Shown here: piece by piece, positions 18,427-29,886 of the stretch
How positions within the stretch are numbered: position 1 is the first letter of the stretch
Layout of the letters: each line of letters starts with the position of its first letter
Origin: Coriobacteriaceae bacterium
GTDB lineage: Bacteria > Actinomycetota > Coriobacteriia > Anaerosomatales > D1FN1-002
Direction: 5' to 3'
DNA length: 53,750 nt
NCBI GenBank assembly: GCA_013824215.1
Contig: PNNM01000001.1
Coordinates: 1 to 53,750, forward strand
Program-made: the position numbers and the translations under genes
Notes under the pieces: generated by a model
The model's input: the letters and a program-made list of their open reading frames with translations, nothing else
Databases searched by the model: none
Told to the model about the DNA's origin: nothing

Positions 18427-19207
18427 GGGCCAGCACCTCCTTGGCGAGTTCCCGATACGCGGCAGCGCCCTTGCCGCCCGGTTCGTAGAGTGTGACCGGC
18501 TGTCCGAAGCTGGGCGCTTCCGAGAGTCTGACGGTCCGCGGGATGACCGTCGAGAACACCTTGTCGCCGAGGAAGTCCCGCACCTCCCCGACGACCTGCT
18601 GTGAGAGACGCGTGCGGGAGTCGTGCATCGTCATGACCACGCCGAACACCTCGAGGCGCGGATTGAGATGCGATCGCACCAAGCGCACCGTGTCCAGCAG
18701 TTTCGACAGCCCCTCCAAGGCGTAGTACTCGCACTGGATCGGGATGAGCAGCCCATCGGCGGCCGTGAACGCGTTGATGGTGAGCAGCCCCAGGGATGGT
18801 GGGCAATCGATGATCACGAAGTCGAAGTCCCCCACCACCGGCTCGAGGACGCTCTTGAGCCTGTTCTCCCGGCTCATCGCCGAGACCAGCTCGATCTCCG
18901 CGCCGGCGAGCTGGATGGTCGCGGGGATAGCGAACACGTGTTCGATTCCCACAGACTCGATCAGCTCCTCCGCCGGTACCCCCTCGAGCAGCGCGCTGTA
19001 GACGCACCGTTCCCTTTGGTTGCGGTTGAGTCCGAACCCGGAGGTCGCGTTCCCCTGCGGATCCAAGTCGACGACGAGGACCTTCCGGCCCGCCTCTCCC
19101 AGGGTGGCCGCCAGGTTCACCGCTGTGGTGCTCTTGCCCACGCCGCCCTTCTGGTTCGCGACGGCTAGGACCAGAGATCCTCGGACTTCGCTGCCGATCT
19201 GCGTCAT
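18419..19207 (-). CDS. parA: Chromosome partitioning ATPase ParA/Soj
   Basis: The deviant Walker A NQKGGVGKSTTAVNLA, then VLVVDLDPQGN and DFVIIDCPPSLG. Confidence 0.95.
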   Translation of the reverse strand: MTQIGSEVRGSLVLAVANQKGGVGKSTTAVNLAATLGEAGRKVLVVDLDPQGNATSGFGLNRNQRERCVYSALLEGVPAEELIESVGIEHVFAIPATIQLAGAEIELVSAMSRENRLKSVLEPVVGDFDFVIIDCPPSLGLLTINAFTAADGLLIPIQCEYYALEGLSKLLDTVRLVRSHLNPRLEVFGVVMTMHDSRTRLSQQVVGEVRDFLGDKVFSTVIPRTVRLSEAPSFGQPVTLYEPGGKGAAAYRELAKEVLARA

Positions 19208-19272
19208 GCCACCCTCCCTCGAACGCCCTCAGCGCAGTATAGACGTACCCTCCTCGCCGAGGAAGAGCCATC

Positions 19273-20010
19273 TCAGGCCAGGGGGCGCTTCTGCGCCAGG
19301 CCGGTGCGCCGGGGCAGGTCGATCCGCGGAGGACCCGCCACCCGGAACACGACCAGGGTCCGTCGGGCTCCCAGCCCGGGCACGTCCAGCTCGACCATAG
19401 CGGGCGGCTCGAACCCGCAGATCTTCGCCGCCAGATCCGCCCGCTCGAGTTCCTCCCGTTCGGGCGCACCCTTGTATGCCAGGAAGACCCCGCTGTCGGT
19501 CAGCAGCGGCCGTGCCAGTTCCACCAGCACCGGCAGCGCCGCCACGGCGCGCGCCACTGCGACAGGCGCTCTCGCCTGCTCGCGCCGCCCGTACTCCTCG
19601 GCCCGTTCGCCCATCACAGCCGCGTCCAGTCCGAGGTCCTCCTTCACGCAGCGCAAGAAGTCGGCCTTCTTCCGCACGGATTCGAGGAGCACCACCGTCC
19701 GTTCGCATGCGATCCCGAGCGGGATACCAGGGAAACCGGCACCGCTGCCGATGTCCACGATCGGCCCGCCCGCTTCGCGCTCGACGTAGGGAGCAGCGGC
19801 CAGAGAATCGAGCACATGCACCCTCGCGGCGGGCGTTGCTTCGCGAACGGTGGTGAGGTTGAAGTCGCCGGCCGCGGCAAGGACGGCCTCCAGATGCGCG
19901 ACGACCTGGCTCAGCTGCCGGTCCGACAACGACACGCCCATCTCGGCAGCGCCCAGCGCGATCACGTTCCGCGCCTGCTCGATGTCACCAAGATGTTTCA
20001 CGTGAAACAT
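19273..20010 (-). CDS. rsmG: 16S rRNA (guanine527-N7)-methyltransferase RsmG (GidB)
   Basis: FNLTTVRE and the SAM-binding motif IVDIGSGAGFPGIPLG. I chose start MFHVKH (20010); its first six codons are a parS site. Confidence 0.85.
   Translation of the reverse strand: MFHVKHLGDIEQARNVIALGAAEMGVSLSDRQLSQVVAHLEAVLAAAGDFNLTTVREATPAARVHVLDSLAAAPYVEREAGGPIVDIGSGAGFPGIPLGIACERTVVLLESVRKKADFLRCVKEDLGLDAAVMGERAEEYGRREQARAPVAVARAVAALPVLVELARPLLTDSGVFLAYKGAPEREELERADLAAKICGFEPPAMVELDVPGLGARRTLVVFRVAGPPRIDLPRRTGLAQKRPLA
19994..20009. promoter_or_regulatory. parS site 1 (perfect 16-bp palindrome TGTTTCACGTGAAACA)
   Basis: It matches the ParB/Spo0J consensus tGTTnCACGTGAAACa exactly and lies within the first codons of rsmG. 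Confidence 0.85.
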
Positions 20011-20048
20011 CTTGCGGCCCGCTGAGCCGTCTGGCAACGCCTCTTCCG

Positions 20049-20064
20049 TGTTTCACGTGAAACA
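20049..20064. promoter_or_regulatory. parS site 2 (identical palindrome TGTTTCACGTGAAACA)
   Basis: A second exact copy lies 39 bp from site 1, in the rsmG upstream region. Confidence 0.85.
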
Positions 20065-20163
20065 TCTCGCGGCCCCGCCGCGCGTCGCCAGGAACGGGCG
20101 ACTCAGAGGTTCTCGGCAGCGGCGCGGCGCGTGCGGCGGTTGCCGACCATCCCGCCGAAGAGA

Positions 20164-20183
20164 AGGGCGCCCATCGGCGCCCT
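20164..20183 (-). terminator. Hairpin downstream of jag (AGGGCGCC-CATC-GGCGCCCT)
   Basis: A perfect 8-bp GC-rich stem with a 4-nt loop lies 27 nt after the jag stop. On the minus strand it is followed by the U-containing tract CUUCUCUUC. Confidence 0.4.
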
Positions 20184-20209
20184 GGTCGAACGTTGGGAGC
20201 GGGCTCTGC

Positions 20210-20950
20210 CTATCTTCGCGGGTTCACCACGACGTGGCGGAACGGCTCCTCGCCTTCGCTCTCGGTGACGACGCGTGCGTCGCCGCGCAGCGCCATGTGG
20301 ATGACCTTGCGCTCGTAGCTGCTCATCGGGCGCAGCGCGACCGGCTTCGCGTTCCGCTTTGCGCGCTCTGCAGCGCCGCGCGCGATCTCGTCCAACTTGG
20401 CCTTGCGGCGGTACCTGTAGCCGCCCACGTCGACCAGGAGCTGGTGGCGCAGGCCCGTCTTTCTGTATGCGATCGCGCCGACCAAGACCTGGAACGAGTC
20501 GAGCGTCCGGCCGTGCCTCCCGATCAGAACGGCCAGATCATCGCCGACGACATCCAGGATGACCTCGCCGTAGTCGCCCTCGTATTCGTCCACCGTGCAT
20601 TCCGTGCCGAATCCGCCGAGGATCTCCCGGATGGCCTCCGCCGCGGCATCGACGACTCGATCGACCTCTTCTTCCGACAGGTCGCTGATCTCCGGCAGGT
20701 GCGGGACCGGGGCCGTGTCGGCCCCGGCTTCGTCCGGCTTCTGTGTGCCTTCCTCGATCCGGCGAACAGCGTCCGGCTTCAGCCAGACTCGGACCTTGGC
20801 CGCCCTTGCCGCGCCGAGACCGAACATCGTACGCCCGGGCTCCTCCAGGACTTCGTACTCCACTGCATCCTGCTGGACTCCCAGGTCATCCAGAGCTGCA
20901 TCCAAGGCCTCCGCGACGCTCGGCCCCTCCTGGACGGTCTCCTTCTTCAC
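20210..20950 (-). CDS. jag: Jag/KhpB RNA-binding protein (Jag_N, KH, R3H domains)
   Basis: N-terminus VKKETVQEGPSVAEALDAALDDLGV. The C-terminal KH/R3H region includes GYRYRRKAKLDEIARGAAERAKR...MSSYERKVIHMAL. GTG start 20950 overlaps the yidC stop as GTGA. The longer track ORF is an Arg/Gly-rich extension inside yidC. Confidence 0.85.
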   Translation of the reverse strand: MKKETVQEGPSVAEALDAALDDLGVQQDAVEYEVLEEPGRTMFGLGAARAAKVRVWLKPDAVRRIEEGTQKPDEAGADTAPVPHLPEISDLSEEEVDRVVDAAAEAIREILGGFGTECTVDEYEGDYGEVILDVVGDDLAVLIGRHGRTLDSFQVLVGAIAYRKTGLRHQLLVDVGGYRYRRKAKLDEIARGAAERAKRNAKPVALRPMSSYERKVIHMALRGDARVVTESEGEEPFRHVVVNPRR

Positions 20951-21789
20951 GACTGCTTCTCCCCCTCGGCGCGCTTCGATTTCGGTTCCTTCGTCTTCCC
21001 GCCGCCCGTCCCGGTGTGCGAAGACGCCTGCTCCACCGCCGGACGCACCCTGTCCATCATCCTCACCGTGACGGCCTGCTGGCCGATCTGCCAAGCGCTC
21101 GAGGTGACCCAATACACAAGGACGCCGGCAGGGCTTATCCATCCGAAGTACAGCATCATGAGCGACATGTAGGCCCCGATGCGTTTCTGCTGCTGGTCTC
21201 CGGGACCGAGCTGCTGCGGGAGCCACACGCTCAGGGCGAAGAGCACTGCCAGCACCGCGTAGGGGATGACCTCCGGGAATCGCGAGGCCGCCCAGACCGC
21301 ATTCGGGGCCATCGTGATGTCTGGGATGATTATCCAGAACGCCTTAGCCTGTGCCTGGGCGGCTTCCGGAAGGGTGGCCAGGTAGGTGGGCAGGTTCCAC
21401 AGCTCCGGATGCGCGCCCGGGTTCTTGGACATGTACGTCGCGAGATCCGGGCGCACCCCCGAGAGGACCTGGAACAGCGCGATGAAGATCGGCATCTGCA
21501 GGAGCAGCGGCAGGCACCCGCCGAAGGGGTTCACCTTGTTCTCCTGGTAGAACTTGAGCGTCTCTTCCTGCAGCTTCTCCTTGTCGTTCTTGTACTTCGC
21601 CTGGAGCTCCTTGATCTTCGGTTGGATCCGCTGCATCTCGTGCATCGACACCGTCTGCTTGACCGTGAGTGGGATCAGCAGCACCCTCATCGCGATCGTG
21701 AGCAGGATGATGGCGAAACCATAATCGCCGGTGACCGCGTACAGAACGTTCACGGCCTGGAGTATCAGCCCACGGAAGCTATCCCACAC
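20947..21789 (-). CDS. yidC: Membrane protein insertase YidC (short Gram-positive type)
   Basis: YGFAIILLTIAMRVLLIPLTVKQ, KYKNDKEKLQEETLKFYQENKVNPFGGCLPLLLQMPIFIALF, and a basic C-terminal tail. Confidence 0.95.
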   Translation of the reverse strand: MWDSFRGLILQAVNVLYAVTGDYGFAIILLTIAMRVLLIPLTVKQTVSMHEMQRIQPKIKELQAKYKNDKEKLQEETLKFYQENKVNPFGGCLPLLLQMPIFIALFQVLSGVRPDLATYMSKNPGAHPELWNLPTYLATLPEAAQAQAKAFWIIIPDITMAPNAVWAASRFPEVIPYAVLAVLFALSVWLPQQLGPGDQQQKRIGAYMSLMMLYFGWISPAGVLVYWVTSSAWQIGQQAVTVRMMDRVRPAVEQASSHTGTGGGKTKEPKSKRAEGEKQS

Positions 21790-21856
21790 GAGTCATCACG
21801 GCCTTCCTGCCCGGCGCGGCCCGACGGCACGAGGCCGGGGACGGCGGGGCGATGCG

Positions 21857-22075
21857 TCAGGGAACGGGGTCATGGCCCCCGGGACTCCACGGATGGCAGC
21901 GCGCTATCCGTCTGACAGCGAGCCACCCACCACGGAGGATACCGTATCGCTCTATCGATGTGACGGCATACGCCGAGCATGTCGGAGTGAAGCGGCACGC
22001 CGGCGCCAAGAGCGGAGATACCAATATCTGGTAAGCCCGGATCGGCAGGACCACGACCCTGCGGGCGGTGTTCAT
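21857..22075 (-). CDS. yidD: Membrane protein insertion efficiency factor YidD
   Basis: [26 protein letters not shown]...[12 protein letters not shown]. Its ATG overlaps the rnpA stop as ATGA. Confidence 0.9.
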   Translation of the reverse strand: MNTARRVVVLPIRAYQILVSPLLAPACRFTPTCSAYAVTSIERYGILRGGWLAVRRIARCHPWSPGGHDPVP

Positions 22076-22404
22076 GACGCAGCTCCCAAGCGCCTCACGA
22101 GCGCACTCAGCGCCGCCTCGAGCTCGCTCGCCCCCGAGGCGCCTGTCTCGGCCCGAGCCACCAGCGCGATGTCCCAGCCGGCCCAGGGGCCCCCGGTCCG
22201 CCGGCACGCCTCCCGCATCACGCGCTTCGCCCGGTTCCGCCGCACCGCGCCGCCCACCTTCTTGCCGGCGATGAACGCGACCCGGCCGGCGCCGGCGGCC
22301 TCGGCGGGCGATATCGCGCCGATGGCGGTGATCAGCGGGTGGGATACGCGTGCGCCGTCGCGGAAGACCCTGTCGATCTCGCGCGAGGTCTTGATGGTCG
22401 TCAC
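22072..22404 (-). CDS. rnpA: Ribonuclease P protein component
   Basis: Its position between rpmH and yidD, plus the RNR-like basic motif [20 protein letters not shown]. Confidence 0.9.
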   Translation of the reverse strand: MTTIKTSREIDRVFRDGARVSHPLITAIGAISPAEAAGAGRVAFIAGKKVGGAVRRNRAKRVMREACRRTGGPWAGWDIALVARAETGASGASELEAALSALVRRLGAAS

Positions 22405-22439
22405 GGCACCTCCAGCCAGAGGGGCCGGGCGCCCGGAGC

Positions 22440-22574
22440 CTATGCGCAGAGGACGGTGCGGCCTTTGCGGCGGCGATTCGCCAGCACGCGCCGACCACCG
22501 CGCGTCGCCATGCGCGCGCGGAAGCCGTGCGTCTTGGCGCGCTTCCGGTTGTTCGGCTGATACGTCCTCTTCAC
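22440..22574 (-). CDS. rpmH: 50S ribosomal protein L34
   Basis: (V/M)[39 protein letters not shown] chose the GTG start at 22574; the 73-aa track ORF is over-extended. Confidence 0.95.
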   Translation of the reverse strand: MKRTYQPNNRKRAKTHGFRARMATRGGRRVLANRRRKGRTVLCA

Positions 22575-22740
22575 TGCGGTCCCTCCATCCGGGCGGACCC
22601 GGTCAGTCTCCAAGGGTGCGTAGAACCCGCTGATTGTACTGGCGCCCCCAGACGGTGTCAACGCGAACCGGCGGCCCTGTAGTGCGGGGACGCCACGCCG
22701 CGCCCATCGCGGAGCCGGTCGCCTGAATTGGCCCGAAATC

Positions 22741-23145
22741 TGTGGATAGTGTGGAAAACCGAGCGCCCACGCACGCGCTTCCTGTGGACAGACCTCGGGC
22801 GTGCATTGTGCGCCTGCGGCGGCCGTTGCTAGAATCGGCGGCGTTCCGGTTGCGGCCCATCGATCCGCAAACCGCCTTGAAATCGCCCGTATTCAGGCCA
22901 CACAAGCTCCAGGCCCGCGCACCCGCGAAGCCCTGCGCCGCAACAGCTGTCGCCGCACTTCCGGTCCGGGAGGACCCGTTGGACGTCTCGCTCCCGCGTA
23001 TCCACACCGCAGGCCTCCCGACACCGTGCCGGCGCGCCTCGCGCGAGCGGGCCTCGCCACGGAGCGCTGTCGCCCGACGGGAGTTATCCACAGCCCGCAC
23101 GGGGCTGGGCGCGGGTGTCCACAGTTGTGGGCCGCCTGTGGACAA
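22741..23145. other. oriC part 1: DnaA-box cluster in the rpmH-dnaA spacer
   Basis: Boxes close to TTATCCACA/TGTGGATAA: TGTGGATAG (22741), TGTGGAAAA (22750), TGTGGACAG (22783), GTATCCACA (22998), perfect TTATCCACA (23084), GTGTCCACA (23115), TGTGGACAA (23137). Confidence 0.75.
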
Positions 23146-23432
23146 CGTGGCCGCCGCCGTGTGGCGGCCGTTCCGGTCTGCTTGTCGGCACGCAGGCGAG
23201 CGGGCGGTGTGCGGCTTCCGGGACGATCGGCTCAGGGGGAGTGCTGCGACGCACGGATGAGGGGCTTCCTGTTCCCGCCGGGGACCCGCCCCGCCGCGGT
23301 CGCGAACGGCGTTGAAAGACCGCCCCGCCGCAAGCGGGGAGGCGTATGGTGGTCCTCTACCCTCGGCGCCGGCGCCCCGCCGGGTGCGGGGCCGGTCGGC
23401 AGGGCTCGGCGCGAGAGAGCTGGTGCATCCGT

Positions 23433-24839
23433 ATGCAGGAGTTGGACACGCAGGAGACCCGTCTGCCCGAGGCCGAGAGGTTCTGGACCGATGCGCTCGC
23501 GGTCGCCCGCACCGAGCTGAACACCGCCACGTTCAACACGTGGTTCGTGAGCCTCGGGCCGGTCTCACTGGACGGGGAGACCCTCGTGGTCCTGGCTCCG
23601 CACGAGTTCGCGCGCGAATGGATCGCCGGCCGCTACGCCTCTCTTGTACGCGACGCCCTGCGCCAGGTGAGCGGGCGCCCGCTCGAGGTCCGGTTCGTCG
23701 TCGACCACGACGCCGCTCCCGTCGAGCTGCCCGAACCCGAGCCCTCCGAGGCGCCGGCTGCCGACGTCGCCGTCGCCGCTTCGTCCGGAGAAGAGACGCC
23801 GCGGGTCCGGGGCGGGGAGTTCGATCCGGGCAAGACGTTCGACACATTCGTCGTCGGCGAGTCCAACAAGCTCGCCTACCACACCGCGCTCGCCGTGGCG
23901 GAGAGCCCGGGCAGGATGTACAACCCGCTCTTCATATATGGCGGGTCCGGGCTGGGCAAGACCCACCTGCTCCAAGCGATCGGGCAGTACGTGCTCTCGC
24001 ACTACCCGCATCTGCGCGTCCGCTACGTGTCCAGCGAGAACTTCACGAACGACTTCATCGACTCGATCCGCAGCGGCGGCCGCGAGGGGTTCCGCCAAAG
24101 GTACAGGGCCAACGACGTTCTCCTCGTGGACGACATCCAGTTCATAGCCGGCAAGGAGGGGACTCAGGAGGAGTTCTTCCACACCTTCAACGCACTCGAG
24201 CAGGCCGGCAAGCAGATCGTGTTGACCTCGGACCGGCCACCCAGCGACCTGGTGACGCTCGAGGAGCGGCTGCGCACCCGGTTCTCGATGGGTCTTCCCG
24301 CGGACATCCAGCCTCCCGACCTCGAGACGCGCATCGCGATCGTCAAGCGCATCGCCGAGGTCGAGGACCTCACCGTCCCCGACGACGTCCTCGAGTTCGT
24401 CGCCGACCGCGTCTCCTCGAACGTGCGCGAGCTCCGCGGCGCCCTGACCCTCGTGGTGTCCCACTGCTCCGTGTTCCACAAGGTCGTGGACCTCGACGTC
24501 GCGCGCCTCGTCCTGAAGGACACCTTCCCGGAGCGTACGTTGCGTCCCGTTTCCGTGGGCACGATCCAGTCGGAGGTCTGCCGCCTCTACAGCGTCAGCC
24601 GGGCGGACCTGATCGGGAGCAAGCGCTCCCAGTCCATCGTCTTTCCTCGGCAGGTGGCCATGTATCTGGCCCGCGAGCTCACCGACCTGTCGTTCCCCGC
24701 GATCGGCTCCGAGTTCGGGGGCCGGGACCACACGACGGTCATGCACGCCACCGACAAGATCCGCAATCTCATGCGCAACCAGCGGGACGTCTACGACCAG
24801 GTCCAGACCCTCACGAACACCATCCGCCAGAAGAGCTGA
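23433..24839 (+). CDS. dnaA: Chromosomal replication initiator DnaA
   Basis: Walker [16 protein letters not shown], then [24 protein letters not shown], and the C-terminal DNA-binding region [13 protein letters not shown] chose ATG 23433 (MQELDTQE...). Confidence 0.95.
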   Translation: MQELDTQETRLPEAERFWTDALAVARTELNTATFNTWFVSLGPVSLDGETLVVLAPHEFAREWIAGRYASLVRDALRQVSGRPLEVRFVVDHDAAPVELPEPEPSEAPAADVAVAASSGEETPRVRGGEFDPGKTFDTFVVGESNKLAYHTALAVAESPGRMYNPLFIYGGSGLGKTHLLQAIGQYVLSHYPHLRVRYVSSENFTNDFIDSIRSGGREGFRQRYRANDVLLVDDIQFIAGKEGTQEEFFHTFNALEQAGKQIVLTSDRPPSDLVTLEERLRTRFSMGLPADIQPPDLETRIAIVKRIAEVEDLTVPDDVLEFVADRVSSNVRELRGALTLVVSHCSVFHKVVDLDVARLVLKDTFPERTLRPVSVGTIQSEVCRLYSVSRADLIGSKRSQSIVFPRQVAMYLARELTDLSFPAIGSEFGGRDHTTVMHATDKIRNLMRNQRDVYDQVQTLTNTIRQKS

Positions 24840-24852
24840 CGGTGGACCATCC

Positions 24853-25075
24853 TGTGGAGTTCCGGACGGCCAAGCTGTGGAAGACCCGCTCTTCCTGTGG
24901 ATGCAGCCGGAAGGGCTCCCTGCCTGTGGATGACCAGCGTGTATCCGCCAACAGGGGTTTCCTTATGGATACGCCCGCCTCCATGTGCGGGGATGCGGGT
25001 TTTCCCCATTATCCACAGCCCTACTGTGTCTGCTATTCGTGATATGAAGAGGTAAGGAACAAACCGAAGAAGAAG
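24853..25075. other. oriC part 2: DnaA boxes plus an AT-rich candidate unwinding element in the dnaA-dnaN spacer
   Basis: Boxes: TGTGGAGTT (24853), TGTGGAAGA (24876), TGTGGATGC (24895), TGTGGATGA (24924), TTATGGATA (24963), perfect TTATCCACA (25009). These are followed by about 45 nt at roughly 39% GC (tgctattcgtgatatgaagaggtaaggaacaaaccgaagaagaa). Confidence 0.75.
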
Positions 25076-25081
25076 GGGCGT

Positions 25082-26185
25082 GTGATGAGGATCTCTCTGG
25101 CTCGCGGCGACTTCGCCGAGGCGTTGTCTGTCGTGGGGAGGGCGCTCTCGAACCGGTCGACCCTACCGATCCTCTCAGGTGTACTCATCGAGGCCGCGGG
25201 AGAGACCGTGGTGCTCCAAGCGACCGATCTCGAGGTCTCCGTGCGAACGTCGGTCGGAGCGAAGGTGGAGCAGCCAGGCAAGGCGGTCGTTCCTGGAAGA
25301 CTCCTGGCGGATATCGTTCGGAGCCTCCCCGAGGGTGCCGTGACCCTCGAAGCCGACGCCGAAGGGGGCTCGGTCACGAGCGGGACCGCGGTCTTCAGGC
25401 TGCGCGCGCTCAATCCCGAGGACTTCCCGAAGTTCCCGGAGGTCGAACCGGAGCGTACGGTGAGTCTCCCGGCCGGGGTGTTGGCCGCGGTCACCAAGCA
25501 GGTCTCGAAAGCGGCCAGCCGCGACGAGACCAGGCCGATCCTGACCGGCGTCCTGGTCGTGGTCGAGGGCGGCACACTGAAGATGGTCGCGACGGACTCG
25601 TACCGGCTGGCTGTCAGAGAGGTCCACATCGAGCAGAAGCCGGACGAGCCGCTCGAGGTGGTCGTGCCCGGGCGGGCCATCGAGGAGGTCCCGCGCATCG
25701 CTGGCGGAGCCGAGGAGATCTCGATGGGCCTGGCGGGCAACCAGGTGGTGTTCGAGGCGGGTCCGACGACCTTCGTGACCCGCAAGATAGAGGGGTCATT
25801 CCCGAACTACCGCCAGCTCATCCAGCAGGACATCGCCACCACGGTGAAGACGACGAAGGCGGAGCTGCTCGATGCCGCGAAGCGCGTCTCCCTCATGGCG
25901 CAGCACAACGCACCCCTTCGCGTGAAGGTGGCCTCGGCCGACCAGACCCTCACCCTCTCGGCAGCGACCCACGATGTGGGCGAGGCCAGAGAGGACCTGA
26001 TGGTGGGGGTGCAGGGGGACGACGTCGAGGTGGCCTTCAACCACGCCTTCCTGATAGACGGCGTCGCCTCGGTCGACAGCGAGGAGATCACGCTCGAGTT
26101 CGTGAGTCCGCTGAAGCCCGGCATCATACGCTCCGCCGAGGAGGAGGCGTTCCTCTACCTGCTCATGCCGGTCCGGCTGGGCTAG
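25082..26185 (+). CDS. dnaN: DNA polymerase III beta sliding clamp
   Basis: Its position after dnaA, three-domain length (367 aa), and the motifs LPILSGVLIEA, TDSYRLA and PLKPGIIR...LLMPVRL. Confidence 0.95.
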   Translation: MMRISLARGDFAEALSVVGRALSNRSTLPILSGVLIEAAGETVVLQATDLEVSVRTSVGAKVEQPGKAVVPGRLLADIVRSLPEGAVTLEADAEGGSVTSGTAVFRLRALNPEDFPKFPEVEPERTVSLPAGVLAAVTKQVSKAASRDETRPILTGVLVVVEGGTLKMVATDSYRLAVREVHIEQKPDEPLEVVVPGRAIEEVPRIAGGAEEISMGLAGNQVVFEAGPTTFVTRKIEGSFPNYRQLIQQDIATTVKTTKAELLDAAKRVSLMAQHNAPLRVKVASADQTLTLSAATHDVGEAREDLMVGVQGDDVEVAFNHAFLIDGVASVDSEEITLEFVSPLKPGIIRSAEEEAFLYLLMPVRLG

Positions 26186-26200
26186 GAGGGGCGTCGGCGG

Positions 26201-27310
26201 TTGCGGATCTCGAGACTGCTGCTCCGCGATTTCCGGAGCTACGAGCACCTTGCGGTCGAGGCCGGCGCGGAGCTGACGGTGTTCGTCGGACCCAACGCCT
26301 CAGGCAAGACGAACGCGCTCGAAGCCGTTCAGCTGTTGACCGCCGGACGGTCGTTCCGGAACCCCGACTGGTCGGATGTCGTGCGCTCGGGCGCGGAGAC
26401 ATCCGTGGCGCTGATCGAGACGCGGAGCGATGAAGACCGGCAGGGCGAGGTGCGGCTGGAGATAGCCGGAGGGGCCCGCCGGTACTCGGTGGATGGGAAG
26501 GCGGTCCGGCGCGTGTCGGACCTCTCGGGCAGACTGCCGGCTGTGGCGTTCACCCCGGACGACCTGTGGCTGGTCAAAGGTCCGGCGGAGCGCCGACGCG
26601 CCGCTCTCGACGATCTCGGAGGACAGCTGGCACCGGCGTACGCGGCCGCCGCGAGGGAGTACTCCCGCGCGTTGCGGCAGCGGAATGCGCTGCTCAAGGA
26701 GACGAACCCGCCGGACGCGCTCACCGCACCGCTCGAGGACCTGCTCGCCGAGGCGGGGGGCCGTCTCGTCGAGTATCGCGTCCGGCTGCTGCGCCGGATC
26801 GCCGAGCGGGCCGCGGAGGCGCATGAAGAGATCGCGGAGGAGCGGCTGGAGTTCGGCTATTCGGAGCGGGAGGGGCTGGGGAGGGATCCGATGGAGACCG
26901 GCGTGGATGCGGCGGAGGCCGCGGAAGCCATCCGCCGGGAGATCCGCCGCCGCCGGCCGGAGGAGGCCGCCCGCCGAACGACGCTCGTGGGGCCTCACCG
27001 CGACGACGTGTCCGTGAGGATCGGGGGGCGAGAGGCGCGCTCGCACGCCTCGCAGGGTCAGCAGCGCAGCAGTGTCCTGGCGTGGAAGCTCGCCGAGGTC
27101 GCCGTGGTCGAGGACGTGACTGGCAGGTCGCCGGTGTTGTTGCTCGACGACGTGATGTCCGAGCTGGACGAGAGGAGGCGCGAGGCGTTGACCTCGCTCG
27201 TGAGACGCAACGCGCAGACGTTCGTCAGCACGACGAACCTCGGGTATTTCTCCGCCGGCCTTCTCGAGCGCGCGCGGATCGTGGAGGTGCCCGGTGGCTG
27301 CGAAACGTAG
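26201..27310 (+). CDS. recF: DNA replication and repair protein RecF
   Basis: TTG start. LRDFRSYEHL, Walker A GPNASGKTNALEAV, the signature SQGQQRS, and Walker B LLLDDVMSELD. Confidence 0.95.
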   Translation: MRISRLLLRDFRSYEHLAVEAGAELTVFVGPNASGKTNALEAVQLLTAGRSFRNPDWSDVVRSGAETSVALIETRSDEDRQGEVRLEIAGGARRYSVDGKAVRRVSDLSGRLPAVAFTPDDLWLVKGPAERRRAALDDLGGQLAPAYAAAAREYSRALRQRNALLKETNPPDALTAPLEDLLAEAGGRLVEYRVRLLRRIAERAAEAHEEIAEERLEFGYSEREGLGRDPMETGVDAAEAAEAIRREIRRRRPEEAARRTTLVGPHRDDVSVRIGGREARSHASQGQQRSSVLAWKLAEVAVVEDVTGRSPVLLLDDVMSELDERRREALTSLVRRNAQTFVSTTNLGYFSAGLLERARIVEVPGGCET

Positions 27311-27833
27311 GGCGGTCGGCCTCGGAGCGGCGCTGGAGCGCATCGCGGCGAAGGTGGACACGCGAGGCGAACTCGCTCGCGCCCGCGCGGTCGCGGTGTG
27401 GCCCGCCGCGGTGGGCCAGGAGGTGGCGAAGCGCACACACTGCACTGCGTTGCGGAAAGGCGAGCTGCTCGTGCATGTGGATTCCCCGGCGTGGGCGACG
27501 CAGCTCCAAGCGATGGCCCCGCAGATCGCCGAGGCGGTCAATCACCAGGCCGGTAAGCGGCTGGTAAGTAGCGTGCGGTTCACTGTCTCACGCACGGTCC
27601 GCGAGGAACGGGAGAGGGACGCGGTCGCGGCGGGGCTGGAAGCCGTCTACCGCCCGGAGCGCATCGCGCCGGTGCCGCTGACGCCAGGGGAGCGCGCTCA
27701 GGTCGAAGCGACGGCCGCAGCCATCGACGACGACGAGTTGCGAGCCGCGGCGATCCGGGCGATGGCCGCCGATCTGGAGTGGAAGAAGGGAGTCAGAGCG
27801 GCCGCCCGGGAAGCGCCTCCGGACACGCCCTGA
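27294..27833 (+). CDS. DUF721 (DciA-like) protein
   Basis: It occupies the canonical slot between recF and gyrB. WPAAVGQEVAKRTHCTALRKGELLVHVDSPAWATQLQ matches the DUF721 core. It overlaps the recF end. Confidence 0.75.
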   Translation: MAAKRRAVGLGAALERIAAKVDTRGELARARAVAVWPAAVGQEVAKRTHCTALRKGELLVHVDSPAWATQLQAMAPQIAEAVNHQAGKRLVSSVRFTVSRTVREERERDAVAAGLEAVYRPERIAPVPLTPGERAQVEATAAAIDDDELRAAAIRAMAADLEWKKGVRAAAREAPPDTP

Positions 27834-29864
<2,031 letters not shown>

Positions 29865-29886
29865 ATGAGGAGCGGGCAGCCGGTCG

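Noticed and set aside
22575-22661. The long form of the rpmH ORF (73 aa).
   Set aside because: L34 is about 44 aa. The conserved KRTYQP N-terminus starts at GTG 22574, and the extension is non-homologous.
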